Positions 29,904-39,069 of a DNA stretch of 64,000 nt are shown here, in pieces (within the stretch, counting starts at the first letter, position 1; every line of letters begins with the position of its first letter). Below the pieces are notes generated by a model, which saw nothing but the letters and a program-made list of their open reading frames with translations, was not told where the DNA came from and searched no databases. Source of the stretch: an uncultured Bacteroidota bacterium (GTDB lineage: Bacteria; Bacteroidota; Ignavibacteria; UBA10030; UBA6906); assembly GCA_963700635.1 (NCBI GenBank), contig CAVOYH010000003.1, forward strand, positions 1,664,001 through 1,728,000. The letters run 5' to 3'. A program made the translations under genes and the position numbers.

Positions 29904-30896
29904 ATGATGACGACAGCTGACCTGCAGGACGCGACGAGGAAGGTCAAGGCCGAGGCGACTGCCCTGGGGTTTTCGCATGTCGGTATCGCGCGGGCAACGC
30001 ATCTGCGGGAGGAGGAGGAGCATCTCGCAGAATGGTTGCAGCGTGGCTTCGCCGCTTCCATGGGATGGATCGGACGCCGCGCGGCGGAACGCCTTGATCC
30101 GCGGAGGGTTCTTCCGGAAGCGAACTCCATCATCGTGCTTGCCATGAACTACTACTCCCCGCCCGCTCATGAACCTGCGCCGGGGAAGATCTCCCGGTAC
30201 GCTTGGGGGGACGATTATCACGATGTCGTCAGCGATCGTGTGCGCCGCCTCGAGCAATGGCTTCGCACAACGTTTCCCGGTATCGGAACGCGGTGGTATG
30301 TGGACACCGGACCGGTGATGGAGAAAGCCTGGGCGGAACGTGCGGGCGTTGGATGGCTGGGAAAGAATGGCACCATCATTACCCGGGATATGGGATCATG
30401 GGTGTTCCTGGGTGTCATTCTCGTGACGGAGGCATTCGCGTACGATGAACCGGCGACCGATCAGTGCGGGACATGTACGCTCTGCCTGGACGCGTGTCCT
30501 ACGGACGCAATTGTTGAACCCTGTGTCGTTGATTCCCGAAAGTGCATATCGTATCTCACGATCGAGCACCGGGGTGCATTTGCGGAGGGAGATGGTGCGC
30601 TGCTGGGGGACTGGATATTTGGATGTGACATTTGCCAGGATGTCTGTCCCTGGAATCAGAAATTTGCCCGGGAAACGGATATCCCGGGATTTGCTCCCCG
30701 CGACGGACTGGTGCAACCGGATCCGGCAACGATGGCGAACATTTCTGATGATGCATTTGCGGTTCAGTTTCAGCGAAGCCCTGTTCTGAGAGCACGCCCG
30801 GAGGGACTGCGGCGGAACGCACAAGCCGTACTCGACAACGGGCCGGACACGAACTCCGCTGACCCTCCTCGCCCGCCCGGAGCATCTCATCCATAG
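29904..30896 (+). CDS. queG: Epoxyqueuosine reductase
   Basis: [53 protein letters not shown]. Confidence 0.94.
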   Translation: MMTTADLQDATRKVKAEATALGFSHVGIARATHLREEEEHLAEWLQRGFAASMGWIGRRAAERLDPRRVLPEANSIIVLAMNYYSPPAHEPAPGKISRYAWGDDYHDVVSDRVRRLEQWLRTTFPGIGTRWYVDTGPVMEKAWAERAGVGWLGKNGTIITRDMGSWVFLGVILVTEAFAYDEPATDQCGTCTLCLDACPTDAIVEPCVVDSRKCISYLTIEHRGAFAEGDGALLGDWIFGCDICQDVCPWNQKFARETDIPGFAPRDGLVQPDPATMANISDDAFAVQFQRSPVLRARPEGLRRNAQAVLDNGPDTNSADPPRPPGASHP

Positions 30897-30915
30897 TGAA
30901 CACGAGGAGACTTCT

Positions 30916-31860
30916 ATGGCTTCGCATCATACGCTCATCATCATCGGGTCGGGACCGGCGGGTCTCACTGCCGCGCTCTATGCAGCGCGCGCCAATCTTG
31001 CGCCGGTTGTCTTTGAAGGCATACAGCCCGGTGGCCAGCTGACAATCACAACGGAAGTCGAGAACTTTCCCGGCTTTCCGGCGGGGATCATGGGACCGGA
31101 ACTGATGGATCATTTCCGGGCGCAGGCACAACGTTTTGGTACCCAGTCCCTCTTCAAGAATATTACAAAGGTCGATGTGAGAAGCCGGCCGTTCCATGTC
31201 TGGGCCGACGAAGAAGAGTACACCGCTGATGCCCTCATTGTTGCGACGGGTGCCTCCGCGAAGCTTCTCGGTCTCCCTTCCGAAAAGGCCTACATGGGCT
31301 ACGGGGTATCGGCCTGTGCCACCTGCGACGGGTTTTTCTTCAAGGGACAGGAGGTCGTCGTGGTCGGCGGAGGTGATACGGCCATTGAAGAAGCGACGTT
31401 CCTTACAAAATTTGCGTCGAAAGTTTCCATCGTCCATCGGCGCGATACGCTGCGGGCGTCGAAAATTATGCAGGACAAGGCTGCGAAGAACCCGAAGATT
31501 GCTTTTGTATGGGATTCCATCGTCGAGGAGATTGTCGGCAAGGAGGAGAATGGCAGGAAGCTCGTCACAGGTGTGCGATTGAAGAATGTCAGGACCGGAG
31601 CATCCTCCATCCTGCGAACCGACGGCGTCTTCATGGGAATCGGGCACAAACCCAACACCGACCTTTTCAAAGGACAGCTCGAGATGGACGGGGTGGGGTA
31701 TCTGCTGACCAAAGGGAAGGGGACGCAGACGAGCGTAGAAGGCGTTTTTGCCGCCGGAGATGTTGCGGACAGCGTCTACAGGCAGGCGATTACTGCAGCC
31801 GGCTCTGGCTGCCAGTCTGCACTCGACGCAGAACGATGGCTCGAGACCCAGCACAACTGA
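30916..31860 (+). CDS. trxB: Thioredoxin-disulfide reductase
   Basis: [40 protein letters not shown]. Confidence 0.96.
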   Translation: MASHHTLIIIGSGPAGLTAALYAARANLAPVVFEGIQPGGQLTITTEVENFPGFPAGIMGPELMDHFRAQAQRFGTQSLFKNITKVDVRSRPFHVWADEEEYTADALIVATGASAKLLGLPSEKAYMGYGVSACATCDGFFFKGQEVVVVGGGDTAIEEATFLTKFASKVSIVHRRDTLRASKIMQDKAAKNPKIAFVWDSIVEEIVGKEENGRKLVTGVRLKNVRTGASSILRTDGVFMGIGHKPNTDLFKGQLEMDGVGYLLTKGKGTQTSVEGVFAAGDVADSVYRQAITAAGSGCQSALDAERWLETQHN

Positions 31861-31883
31861 TTTCCCGATCAACTTTTTTTTGC

Positions 31884-31927
31884 AAGGGGCCGCCTCACGC
31901 CTTATGAGACGGCCTTCATTTTTTTTC
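31884..31927 (+). terminator. Putative intrinsic terminator after trxB
   Basis: GGCCGCCTCA...TGAGACGGCC stem flanked by T tracts. Confidence 0.6.
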
Positions 31928-31969
31928 GGATCAGGCCCGCACCTCTCTCCATCCCCTTCATGCGCGATG

Positions 31970-32144
31970 TGTCACATTGTCATCTTGCTGCAATCCTGTC
32001 ATGTCTTTGTGGCTCAGTGAAAGTAGAATGCGTCATTATGGCCGGCATTTACTGCCACGATGTCCTGTAGCCTGAAGACGAAAGACGATGGCGATCATAA
32101 GATATTCATTAATAATGACTTAAGGATTTGGCATAGGACTTGAC
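31970..32144 (+). promoter_or_regulatory. Putative sigma54-type promoter with upstream TGnCA-N3-TGnCA repeats for hsp20-hsp20-lon
   Basis: TGGCAT-AGGAC-TTGAC (32129-32144; GG-N10-GA), AT-rich IHF-like tract near 32110-32122, four repeats at 31970, 31989, 32031, 32053. Confidence 0.55.
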
Positions 32145-32197
32145 ACTTGTAATAACAGACAACAAGAAAAGCCAGTATCAACACAAGGAGGCAAATC

Positions 32198-32644
32198 ATG
32201 GTAATGCGAATCGAGCGTTTTCCGATAGTCAATCCCGCGTGGAGGGGAATTTCAAACCTCGGGAGCGACATCGATGCGTTGTTTGAAACGTTTCTTCGTC
32301 CCGGAGCCACGCCGCGAGTTCGTCAGGCACCTGCTCTGGAGCTGACGGAGATGGAGAATGAGAGCCTGCTTCTCGCGGAGTTGCCGGGTGTGGGCAAAGA
32401 GGACATCAAGATTACGATCGAGGACGGTCTGCTTTCGATCAGCGGCGAACGGAAGGCTCCGGCGGTTCCGGAGAATGGCCGGTGGTTGCGCAACGAAAGT
32501 GCGATCGGCTCATTCGTTCGTACAATCGAGCTTCCCCATGCGGTGGATGATTCGCAGATCGGTGCAGAACTCAAGAATGGACTGCTGCGCGTCGTGCTTC
32601 CGAAAGCCGCTGAAGCACGTCCGCGAGAGATCACGATTCGATGA
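32198..32644 (+). CDS. Hsp20/alpha-crystallin small heat shock protein
   Basis: AELPGV.KEDIKI...DG.L.ISGERK, GSFVRTI.LP, AELKNGLLRV.LPK. Confidence 0.92.
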   Translation: MVMRIERFPIVNPAWRGISNLGSDIDALFETFLRPGATPRVRQAPALELTEMENESLLLAELPGVGKEDIKITIEDGLLSISGERKAPAVPENGRWLRNESAIGSFVRTIELPHAVDDSQIGAELKNGLLRVVLPKAAEARPREITIR

Positions 32645-32661
32645 AACGAGGAGACTCAACA

Positions 32662-33051
32662 ATGACAAACGAGAATCAAGCTGTGAGAAACGATGAGCAG
32701 GCGGTCCGGACCGTGGACGTCCAGGGGCGTCTGCGGATGCCCGCCGCGGACATCTACGAGACGCCGGATGCCTACGTGGTAATGCTCGACCTCCCGGGGG
32801 CCGCGAAGGATGCGATCCGACTCCGGCTGGCCAAAGGGGAGTTGCATGTGCAGGCATCGCTCGAGGATCGGGGTGTTCAAGAGGGGACGCCGATTTTCCA
32901 GGAAATGGCACCGGCGACATTTTCCCGGTCCTTCACCATTGGTGAAGGGATTGACACCGAGAATATCGATGCCCGGTTCGAACAGGGCGTCCTGACCGTG
33001 AAACTGTACAAGAGTGCGGCTCTGAAGCCGCGTGATATACAGGTGAAGTGA
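32662..33051 (+). CDS. Hsp20/alpha-crystallin small heat shock protein
   Basis: PAADIYET, DLPG, FSRSFTI, I.ARFEQGVLTV.L.K; GAGGAG RBS. Confidence 0.92.
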   Translation: MTNENQAVRNDEQAVRTVDVQGRLRMPAADIYETPDAYVVMLDLPGAAKDAIRLRLAKGELHVQASLEDRGVQEGTPIFQEMAPATFSRSFTIGEGIDTENIDARFEQGVLTVKLYKSAALKPRDIQVK

Positions 33052-33070
33052 TTTCTGCGTGCAACGCAAG

Positions 33071-33120
33071 GCGGGAGGCCGGTCGGTGGGTGTGGCCGGC
33101 GACTCCCGCTTTCATTTTTT
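33071..33120 (+). terminator. Terminator/attenuator-like hairpin between hsp20 pair and lon
   Basis: GCGGGAGGCCGG...CCGGCGACTCCCGC followed by TTTCATTTTTT. Confidence 0.6.
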
Positions 33121-33166
33121 GTGTGTGTGATCATTTGCTCCAGCACCGTGAACGAAGGATGAAGAG

Positions 33167-35575
33167 ATGAACAACGAGAAGCGTCAGGCGGATGCCGCCA
33201 GCGCCGTGCCCCATGTCATGCCGGTCCTTGCGCTGAGGAACGCCGTGTTTTTCCCCCAGCAGATCTCGCCCCTGGCCATCGGCCGGGGAAGCAGCATCGT
33301 GGCAGTCGAAGAAGCACTGCAGGGCGACAACCATGTGGTGATCGTTGCGCAGAAGAACAGCGCTGTGGAACAGCCCGGCGAAGCCGACCTGTATCTGGTC
33401 GGGACGCTTGCGAAGATCGTGAAGGTCTTTGCGCTTGCCGATGGGACGAAGAATGTGCTGGCACAGGGGATCCGGCGCGTCCGGCTTCTCTCGGTGCTGC
33501 AGACCATGCCGTCCATCAGGGCAGTCGTGCAGGATCTGCCCGATACGCCTGCGAAAGGGGAACAGGTCGACGCCGTCACGTCGAAACTGAAAAGCCTGTT
33601 CCAGCGGGCAGCGGAACTGTCCCCGCATCTGACCGAGGAACATGTCTCGATTGTGTTGAACCTGGTGCAGCCTGGAGCCGTGGCAGACGTGATCTCGTCC
33701 CTCCTGCCGGTTCCCGTGGAAGAGAAACAGCCCCTTCTGGAGGCCCCGGGCGTCGAAGAGCGGCTCCGCCTCGCCCTTCTCACCCTCTCAAAACTCGTCC
33801 AGCAGCTCGAGCTCGGAAACAAGATCCAGTCGGAGGTGCAGGAAGGCATTAGCCAGTCGCAACGGGAGTATTACCTTCGCGAGCAGCTTCGCGCGATCCG
33901 CAAGGAACTCGGCGAGGATGACGCGAATGTCGAAATGGCGGAACTGCGCAAGCGTATAGAGGAGGCCGGCCTTCCCGAAGAGGCCCGCAAGGTTGCGGAC
34001 CGTGAGTTCAGACGCCTGTCGCAAATGAACCAGGCTTCCGCCGAATACACCGTCTCCAGGACGTATCTGGAGTGGATCCTGGACCTGCCGTGGAACACCT
34101 CCACGACGGACACGCTGGATATCGCCCGTGCACGTGAAATCCTCGAGAATGACCACTATGGCCTGGGCAAGGTTAAGAATCGTATCCTTGAATATCTGGC
34201 GGTCCGGAAATTGAAGAACGACATGCGCGGTCCGATTCTGGTGTTCGTCGGCCCCCCCGGTGTAGGGAAGACATCGTTGGGCCGGTCGATTGCCAACGCA
34301 CTCGGGAGGAAGTTCGTGCGGATTTCTCTCGGCGGCGTTCACGATGAAGCAGAGATCCGGGGTCATCGCCGGACATATATCGGCGCGCTGCCGGGGCGGA
34401 TCATCCAGGGTCTTCGGAAAGCGGGTTCCAATAATCCGGTGTTCATGCTCGATGAGATCGACAAGATCGGGCAGGATTTCCGGGGTGATCCCGCATCGGC
34501 ACTCCTGGAGGTGCTGGATGCAGAGCAAAACTTTGCCTTCAGTGATCATTATCTCGAGGTTCCCTTTGACCTCTCCAAGGTGATGTTCATTGCCACTGCC
34601 AACCTCATCGAGCCGGTGCCGCCTCCGTTGCGCGACAGAATGGAGATCCTGGAGATCCCGAGCTACGTGGAAGATGAGAAGCTCCACATTGCCCGCACGT
34701 TTCTTCTTCCCAAGCAACGTGCGGAGCACGGGCTCACGGAGAACCACTTCACAATCGACGATGAGGCCGTGCGTGCGGTCATAAACGGGTATACGCGGGA
34801 GGCCGGTGTCCGTGGCCTTGAGCGTCAGATTGCCTCTCTCGTGCGGAGTGCTGCGCGGGAAGTTGCAGAGGGGATATCCGCCAGCGTGCACGTACGCAGC
34901 GACGACCTGTCACGCTACCTCGGGCAGCGAAAGTTCTACCACGACACGGCGGAACGGATCAATCGTCCCGGCATCGCGGTCGGCCTTGCATGGACTCCAG
35001 TCGGGGGCGACATCCTCTTTGTGGAGGCAACCAAGGCAAAGGGACGGGGCGGACTCCTTCTGACGGGTCAGCTGGGCGACGTGATGAAGGAATCGGCGCA
35101 GGCCGCGCTCAGTTTCATTGCGACACATGCGCAGGAACTCGGCGTGCCGGCGGACTTCCGTTCAAAGCTGGACCTCCACGTGCACGTCCCGGCAGGTGCG
35201 GTTCCCAAAGACGGGCCGTCGGCCGGAGTGACAATGCTGACGGCGCTTACGTCGGCTCTGACCGGCCGGCATGTACGTCACGACCTGGCAATGACGGGCG
35301 AGATCACCCTGCGTGGTTCCGTCCTCCCTGTCGGAGGCATCAAGGAGAAGGTCCTGGCTGCGCTGCGGGCAGGCATTACGACCATCATTCTTCCGGAGCG
35401 GAACCGGAACGATCTGGCGGACATCCCGGAAGCTTCGATGGGTGGCGACAGAGAGGTACAGTTCCTTTTTGTCAAAGAGATGTCTGAGGTTCTTGCGCTG
35501 TCACTTCTCTCGCGGGAGGAGTCGGAACAGGCGGCGCTCCAGGAGCTCGGCGTCAGCAGCGTTGCAATGAACTGA
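33167..35575 (+). CDS. lon: Endopeptidase La (Lon protease)
   Basis: [54 protein letters not shown]. Confidence 0.96.
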   Translation: MNNEKRQADAASAVPHVMPVLALRNAVFFPQQISPLAIGRGSSIVAVEEALQGDNHVVIVAQKNSAVEQPGEADLYLVGTLAKIVKVFALADGTKNVLAQGIRRVRLLSVLQTMPSIRAVVQDLPDTPAKGEQVDAVTSKLKSLFQRAAELSPHLTEEHVSIVLNLVQPGAVADVISSLLPVPVEEKQPLLEAPGVEERLRLALLTLSKLVQQLELGNKIQSEVQEGISQSQREYYLREQLRAIRKELGEDDANVEMAELRKRIEEAGLPEEARKVADREFRRLSQMNQASAEYTVSRTYLEWILDLPWNTSTTDTLDIARAREILENDHYGLGKVKNRILEYLAVRKLKNDMRGPILVFVGPPGVGKTSLGRSIANALGRKFVRISLGGVHDEAEIRGHRRTYIGALPGRIIQGLRKAGSNNPVFMLDEIDKIGQDFRGDPASALLEVLDAEQNFAFSDHYLEVPFDLSKVMFIATANLIEPVPPPLRDRMEILEIPSYVEDEKLHIARTFLLPKQRAEHGLTENHFTIDDEAVRAVINGYTREAGVRGLERQIASLVRSAAREVAEGISASVHVRSDDLSRYLGQRKFYHDTAERINRPGIAVGLAWTPVGGDILFVEATKAKGRGGLLLTGQLGDVMKESAQAALSFIATHAQELGVPADFRSKLDLHVHVPAGAVPKDGPSAGVTMLTALTSALTGRHVRHDLAMTGEITLRGSVLPVGGIKEKVLAALRAGITTIILPERNRNDLADIPEASMGGDREVQFLFVKEMSEVLALSLLSREESEQAALQELGVSSVAMN

Positions 35576-35614
35576 CCGGTGCGCGGTTTCACGCTGTTTG
35601 GATGCCCGGAATGG

Positions 35615-35643
35615 TTGACATTTGCCGTGGGATTTCGTAATAT
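35615..35643 (+). promoter_or_regulatory. Putative sigma70 promoter for sppA-HU operon
   Basis: TTGACA-17 nt-TAATAT. Confidence 0.6.
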
Positions 35644-35684
35644 TATATTGATATTAAACAACTTACGGCTTCTCCGGACCCCCT

Positions 35685-36593
35685 ATGTCCAACTCCACCA
35701 AATGGTTTCTTGGCATTCTGGGCATTCTCGCGGCGATTGCTCTGCTTGTCACGCTCGCCGTCATTTCCTTTGTCGGCGGTTCCCGCGAACAGACGGAAAC
35801 GATGCGAGGTGGGTCGGGCGACAAGATCGCGGTTGTCGAGCTGACCGGAGTCATCATCTCGTCCGAAGATTTTGTCCGCCAGGTAAAGCGCTACCGGGAG
35901 AACCCCTCCATACGGGCAATTCTTCTTCGTATTGACTCTCCGGGCGGGGCGGTTGTGCCGAGCCAGGAGATGTATGAGGAAGTGCGAAAGACCCGTGAGA
36001 GCGGCAAGCTCGTTGTTGTGTCCATGGGATCCGTTGCGGCCAGCGGGGGGTACTACGTTTCCTGTGGAGCGTCAAGACTTGTGGCAAACCGCGGCACACT
36101 CACCGGCAGCATCGGCGTCATCGCAGAATTCCTCCAGTACAATGAGCTCCTCGACAAGGTCGGAATCGATGTGAACACCATCAAGACCGGGAAGCGGAAA
36201 GACACCGGATCGCCATCGCGGGCCATGACCGACGACGATCGTCGGTATCTGCAGGGACTGATGGACGATGTGTACCGCCAGTTCCTGCGCGTCGTGGAGC
36301 ACGAGCGCAAACTGTCCGGGGCGGACGTTGCGGCGCTGGCCGACGGCCGGGTGTTCACCGGCGAGCAGGCGGTTCCGCTCGGGCTTGTGGATACACTTGG
36401 CACGTACGAAGACGCGATCATGATTACTGCTCAGCTCGCCGGAATCGACGGCGAACCGACGCTCGTCCGGGAACGCAAGCGGCGGTCATGGTGGGATTCC
36501 CTGACAGGTGATGTCGTGGAAGAACTGCGATCCCTCAAGAACGATCTGCTGGCATTGCCGGTGATGTCCTATCGGTTTACAGGGGCACACTGA
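35685..36593 (+). CDS. sppA: Signal peptide peptidase SppA (S49, short type)
   Basis: RIDSPGG, SMGSVAASGGYY, TGSIGV, DGRVFTG.QA..LGLVD. Confidence 0.93.
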   Translation: MSNSTKWFLGILGILAAIALLVTLAVISFVGGSREQTETMRGGSGDKIAVVELTGVIISSEDFVRQVKRYRENPSIRAILLRIDSPGGAVVPSQEMYEEVRKTRESGKLVVVSMGSVAASGGYYVSCGASRLVANRGTLTGSIGVIAEFLQYNELLDKVGIDVNTIKTGKRKDTGSPSRAMTDDDRRYLQGLMDDVYRQFLRVVEHERKLSGADVAALADGRVFTGEQAVPLGLVDTLGTYEDAIMITAQLAGIDGEPTLVRERKRRSWWDSLTGDVVEELRSLKNDLLALPVMSYRFTGAH

Positions 36594-36631
36594 ACGGACC
36601 ACGAACACTCATTACTTCAGGAGGATCGACG

Positions 36632-36928
36632 GTGACAAAAGCGGATATTGTGGACACGATTGCCACTGCGACCGGGCTGACAAAGGTGGAGACAGAGGCG
36701 GTCGTGGATGGCTTTATCTCCACGGTCATCAATGCGCTCAAGGAAGGGAAGAACATCGAGATCCGCGGTTTCGGCAGTTATAAGGTGAAGAAGCGGAAAG
36801 GGCGTGTCGCGCGGAACCCCCGCACCGGAGAACAGGTGATGGTCGATGAACACTGGGTTCCCCTGTTCAAGGTCTCCAAAGAGGTGAAGGTGCTCGTGAA
36901 CGAGAACATGAAAAAGATCATTGAATAG
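36632..36928 (+). CDS. HU/IHF family DNA-binding protein
   Basis: MTKADIVD.IA, IEIRGFGSY, R.ARNPRTG. Confidence 0.93.
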   Translation: MTKADIVDTIATATGLTKVETEAVVDGFISTVINALKEGKNIEIRGFGSYKVKKRKGRVARNPRTGEQVMVDEHWVPLFKVSKEVKVLVNENMKKIIE

Positions 36929-36943
36929 CGGAAGGCATGTGTG

Positions 36944-37807
36944 ATGGCGGTTGTCAAAGAGGTGTGCGGGAAGTGCGGGGCGGTGGTGACGCGGGGCGAA
37001 GTGCGGTGCACGACGTGCGGAGAGGATCTGATATGGGGTGACGGGGGGGGCAAGTGCGACGCATGCGGGTTCCGGAATCCCGCCGGGAGTGCGACATGTT
37101 CTTCCTGCGGGGCACGGCTCGGGGGAGAACGGAGTGGAGGGCGGAAGCCTGCGGCCAAGCGGGGTGCTGGCAAAAGGGTCGACTCAGAACGGACAGCGCC
37201 GGCCGGCGGGAGAAGGGGTCTTGAAGCATGGCAGGTTGTTTCCTTCGTGGCTGTAGGGGCTCTTCTGGCGATTCTTCTGTATTTTGAGCTTTCACGCGAT
37301 CACGGGGCCGCGGCGGTTCCGCAGGCGGCAGTACCGGTGATGCCGGTGCCGGAGCTTCAGTCGCAACCGACGGCTGACCTTGCGTCTCTGGAGGCGGCTG
37401 TTGCCGCACAGCCCGGCGATCATGAAGCGATGCTCAGGCTGGCCAACGGGCTGCATGACAACAGATCATTCGCCCGGGCGATCGAGATCTACAAGAAATA
37501 TCTCGTTGTCCACCCCCAGAATCCCGATGCGCGTGTGGACATGGGTGTCTGTTACTATGAGCTCGGTCTTGCGGACTCTCTGAATTCCGGCAAATACCTT
37601 GATCTTGCCGCCGCAGAGATGGAGAAAGCGTTGCGGGGGAATCCCACACACCAGCAGGCTGCGTTCAATCTTGGCGTGGTCACCCTGCAGCGCGGCCGTC
37701 TCGAAGAATCGAATCGGTGGTTCCGGCGGGCGATTGAGATCAATGCGACCTCTGACCTGGGCGTGCGCGCGCAACGGATGGTGGAACAACATACGACGAA
37801 CCCATAA
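36944..37807 (+). CDS. Double zinc-ribbon, single-TM, TPR protein
   Basis: Four CxxC pairs at the N-terminus, hydrophobic helix, TPR repeats (AIEIYKKYL..HPQNPDARVDMG, AAFNLG). Confidence 0.75.
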   Translation: MAVVKEVCGKCGAVVTRGEVRCTTCGEDLIWGDGGGKCDACGFRNPAGSATCSSCGARLGGERSGGRKPAAKRGAGKRVDSERTAPAGGRRGLEAWQVVSFVAVGALLAILLYFELSRDHGAAAVPQAAVPVMPVPELQSQPTADLASLEAAVAAQPGDHEAMLRLANGLHDNRSFARAIEIYKKYLVVHPQNPDARVDMGVCYYELGLADSLNSGKYLDLAAAEMEKALRGNPTHQQAAFNLGVVTLQRGRLEESNRWFRRAIEINATSDLGVRAQRMVEQHTTNP

Positions 37808-37822
37808 CAGAAAGGAGGGGAC

Positions 37823-37918
37823 ATGCCCTGCGGTAAGAAGCGCAAGCGTCACAAGATGGCGACGCACAAGCGCAAGAAACGCCTGAGAAAGATGCGTCAC
37901 AAGAAGAAGATCCGCTAA
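37823..37918 (+). CDS. 30S ribosomal protein bS22 (AURKAIP1/COX24 domain), 31 aa
   Basis: MPCGKKRKRHKMATHKRKKRLRKMRHKKKIR after AAAGGAGG RBS; below ORF-track cutoff. Confidence 0.9.
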   Translation: MPCGKKRKRHKMATHKRKKRLRKMRHKKKIR

Positions 37919-37932
37919 GAGCGGCCGGTGAC

Positions 37933-37959
37933 CACATCCCGCACCGCGTGCGGGATGTG
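37933..37959 (+). terminator. Perfect 12-bp hairpin after bS22
   Basis: CACATCCCGCAC-cgc-GTGCGGGATGTG; weak U tract. Confidence 0.5.
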
Positions 37960-37981
37960 CGTTCTGGTGCCTGGATCAGCG

Positions 37982-38010
37982 TTGCATTTCTTGGCAGTTC
38001 TTTTTATACT
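37982..38010 (+). promoter_or_regulatory. Putative sigma70 promoter for YtxH gene
   Basis: TTGCAT-17 nt-TATACT. Confidence 0.6.
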
Positions 38011-38056
38011 ACTCATTCATTACCTTGTTGATTGTTCATAGAGAGTGAGGCATACC

Positions 38057-38452
38057 ATGACGAAAAACGAAGGCACGACGAAAGGTTTTGTGATTGGCCT
38101 TCTCGCTGGAGGAGCGATCGGCGCCATTGTTGCTCTTCTCTACGCTCCCAAAACCGGACGTGAGCTGAGGGCAGATCTGAAGGAACGCGCAGACGATTTT
38201 CGTGATGATGCCGAGGAGTATCTCCATGCCGCGCGGACGAAAGCAGGCGACCTTGTCAGTGAAGCCAAGAAAAGGTCCGAAACCCTGATAACGGATGCGA
38301 AGCGCAAGGCGGATACGCTGCTGGTGGATGCAGAGAAGGTCCTGACCGGCGCCCGGCAGAAAGTCACGACTGTGACAGAAGAAGGCGCACGAGTGAAAGG
38401 TGCGGTCAAGGCGGGGGTAGATGCCTTCAAGGAAGAGCGTCGGCGCTCATAA
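38057..38452 (+). CDS. YtxH domain protein
   Basis: F.IGLLAGGAIGAIVALLYAPKTGRELR followed by amphipathic helices. Confidence 0.88.
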   Translation: MTKNEGTTKGFVIGLLAGGAIGAIVALLYAPKTGRELRADLKERADDFRDDAEEYLHAARTKAGDLVSEAKKRSETLITDAKRKADTLLVDAEKVLTGARQKVTTVTEEGARVKGAVKAGVDAFKEERRRS

Positions 38453-38482
38453 GCGACTGGTCATTGTCAAGAGGAGGCGTTT

Positions 38483-38869
38483 GTGGAACTCGTTCTCATT
38501 ATTGCCCAGATCGTCGCACTCCTGTGCCTGTCCGCGTTGTGTGTCTACATGATTGTCGTGCTGCTTCGCGTCAGGGACATCATGACCAGCGTGGAGAGTG
38601 ACGTCAGAGAAATGACGTCGCGGGCCGTTCCCGTGCTCGAAAATATGGAGTATATTACATCCCGCGTGAAGAACATCACGGACAGCATTGACGACCAGGT
38701 CGCCGATGTGCGGGAATCGATTGAGTCGGTCAGGCTTGTGGCTGACAACGTCGTCGAGCTCGAACGCAAGATTCAGGACAGGATCGAGGGTCCTATACTC
38801 GAGACCGTCGGCTTTGTGGCTGCGGTGTTCAAGGGTGTCCGTACGTTCGTCGATCGCGTCCGCGCCTGA
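38483..38869 (+). CDS. DUF948-like membrane-anchored coiled-coil protein (YtxG-like)
   Basis: N-terminal TM then coiled coil; adjacent to YtxH; GAGGAGG RBS. Confidence 0.7.
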   Translation: MELVLIIAQIVALLCLSALCVYMIVVLLRVRDIMTSVESDVREMTSRAVPVLENMEYITSRVKNITDSIDDQVADVRESIESVRLVADNVVELERKIQDRIEGPILETVGFVAAVFKGVRTFVDRVRA

Positions 38870-39069
38870 CGGCGTGGGTGGGATCGCTCATCGTGTCGCC
38901 CGCTCATACGGGGACCCGACCGTCCCGGTCCGGGCGGTCGGGGCCGCGATTTCCCCGCTAGCCGCCCCGCGGTTCCTTTCGTGAAATTACTGTTCTGTAC
39001 CAACCACCGCCGTTGCAGCCCGCTGTGCTGCCACCACAGGCGTACAAGACTGGAGGATCAACAGCCCCC

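Noticed and set aside
38915-38942. GC-rich hairpin upstream of the EF-G paralog as a leader RNA
   Set aside because: Single hairpin in GC-rich DNA with no recognisable motif; could be a terminator or chance.
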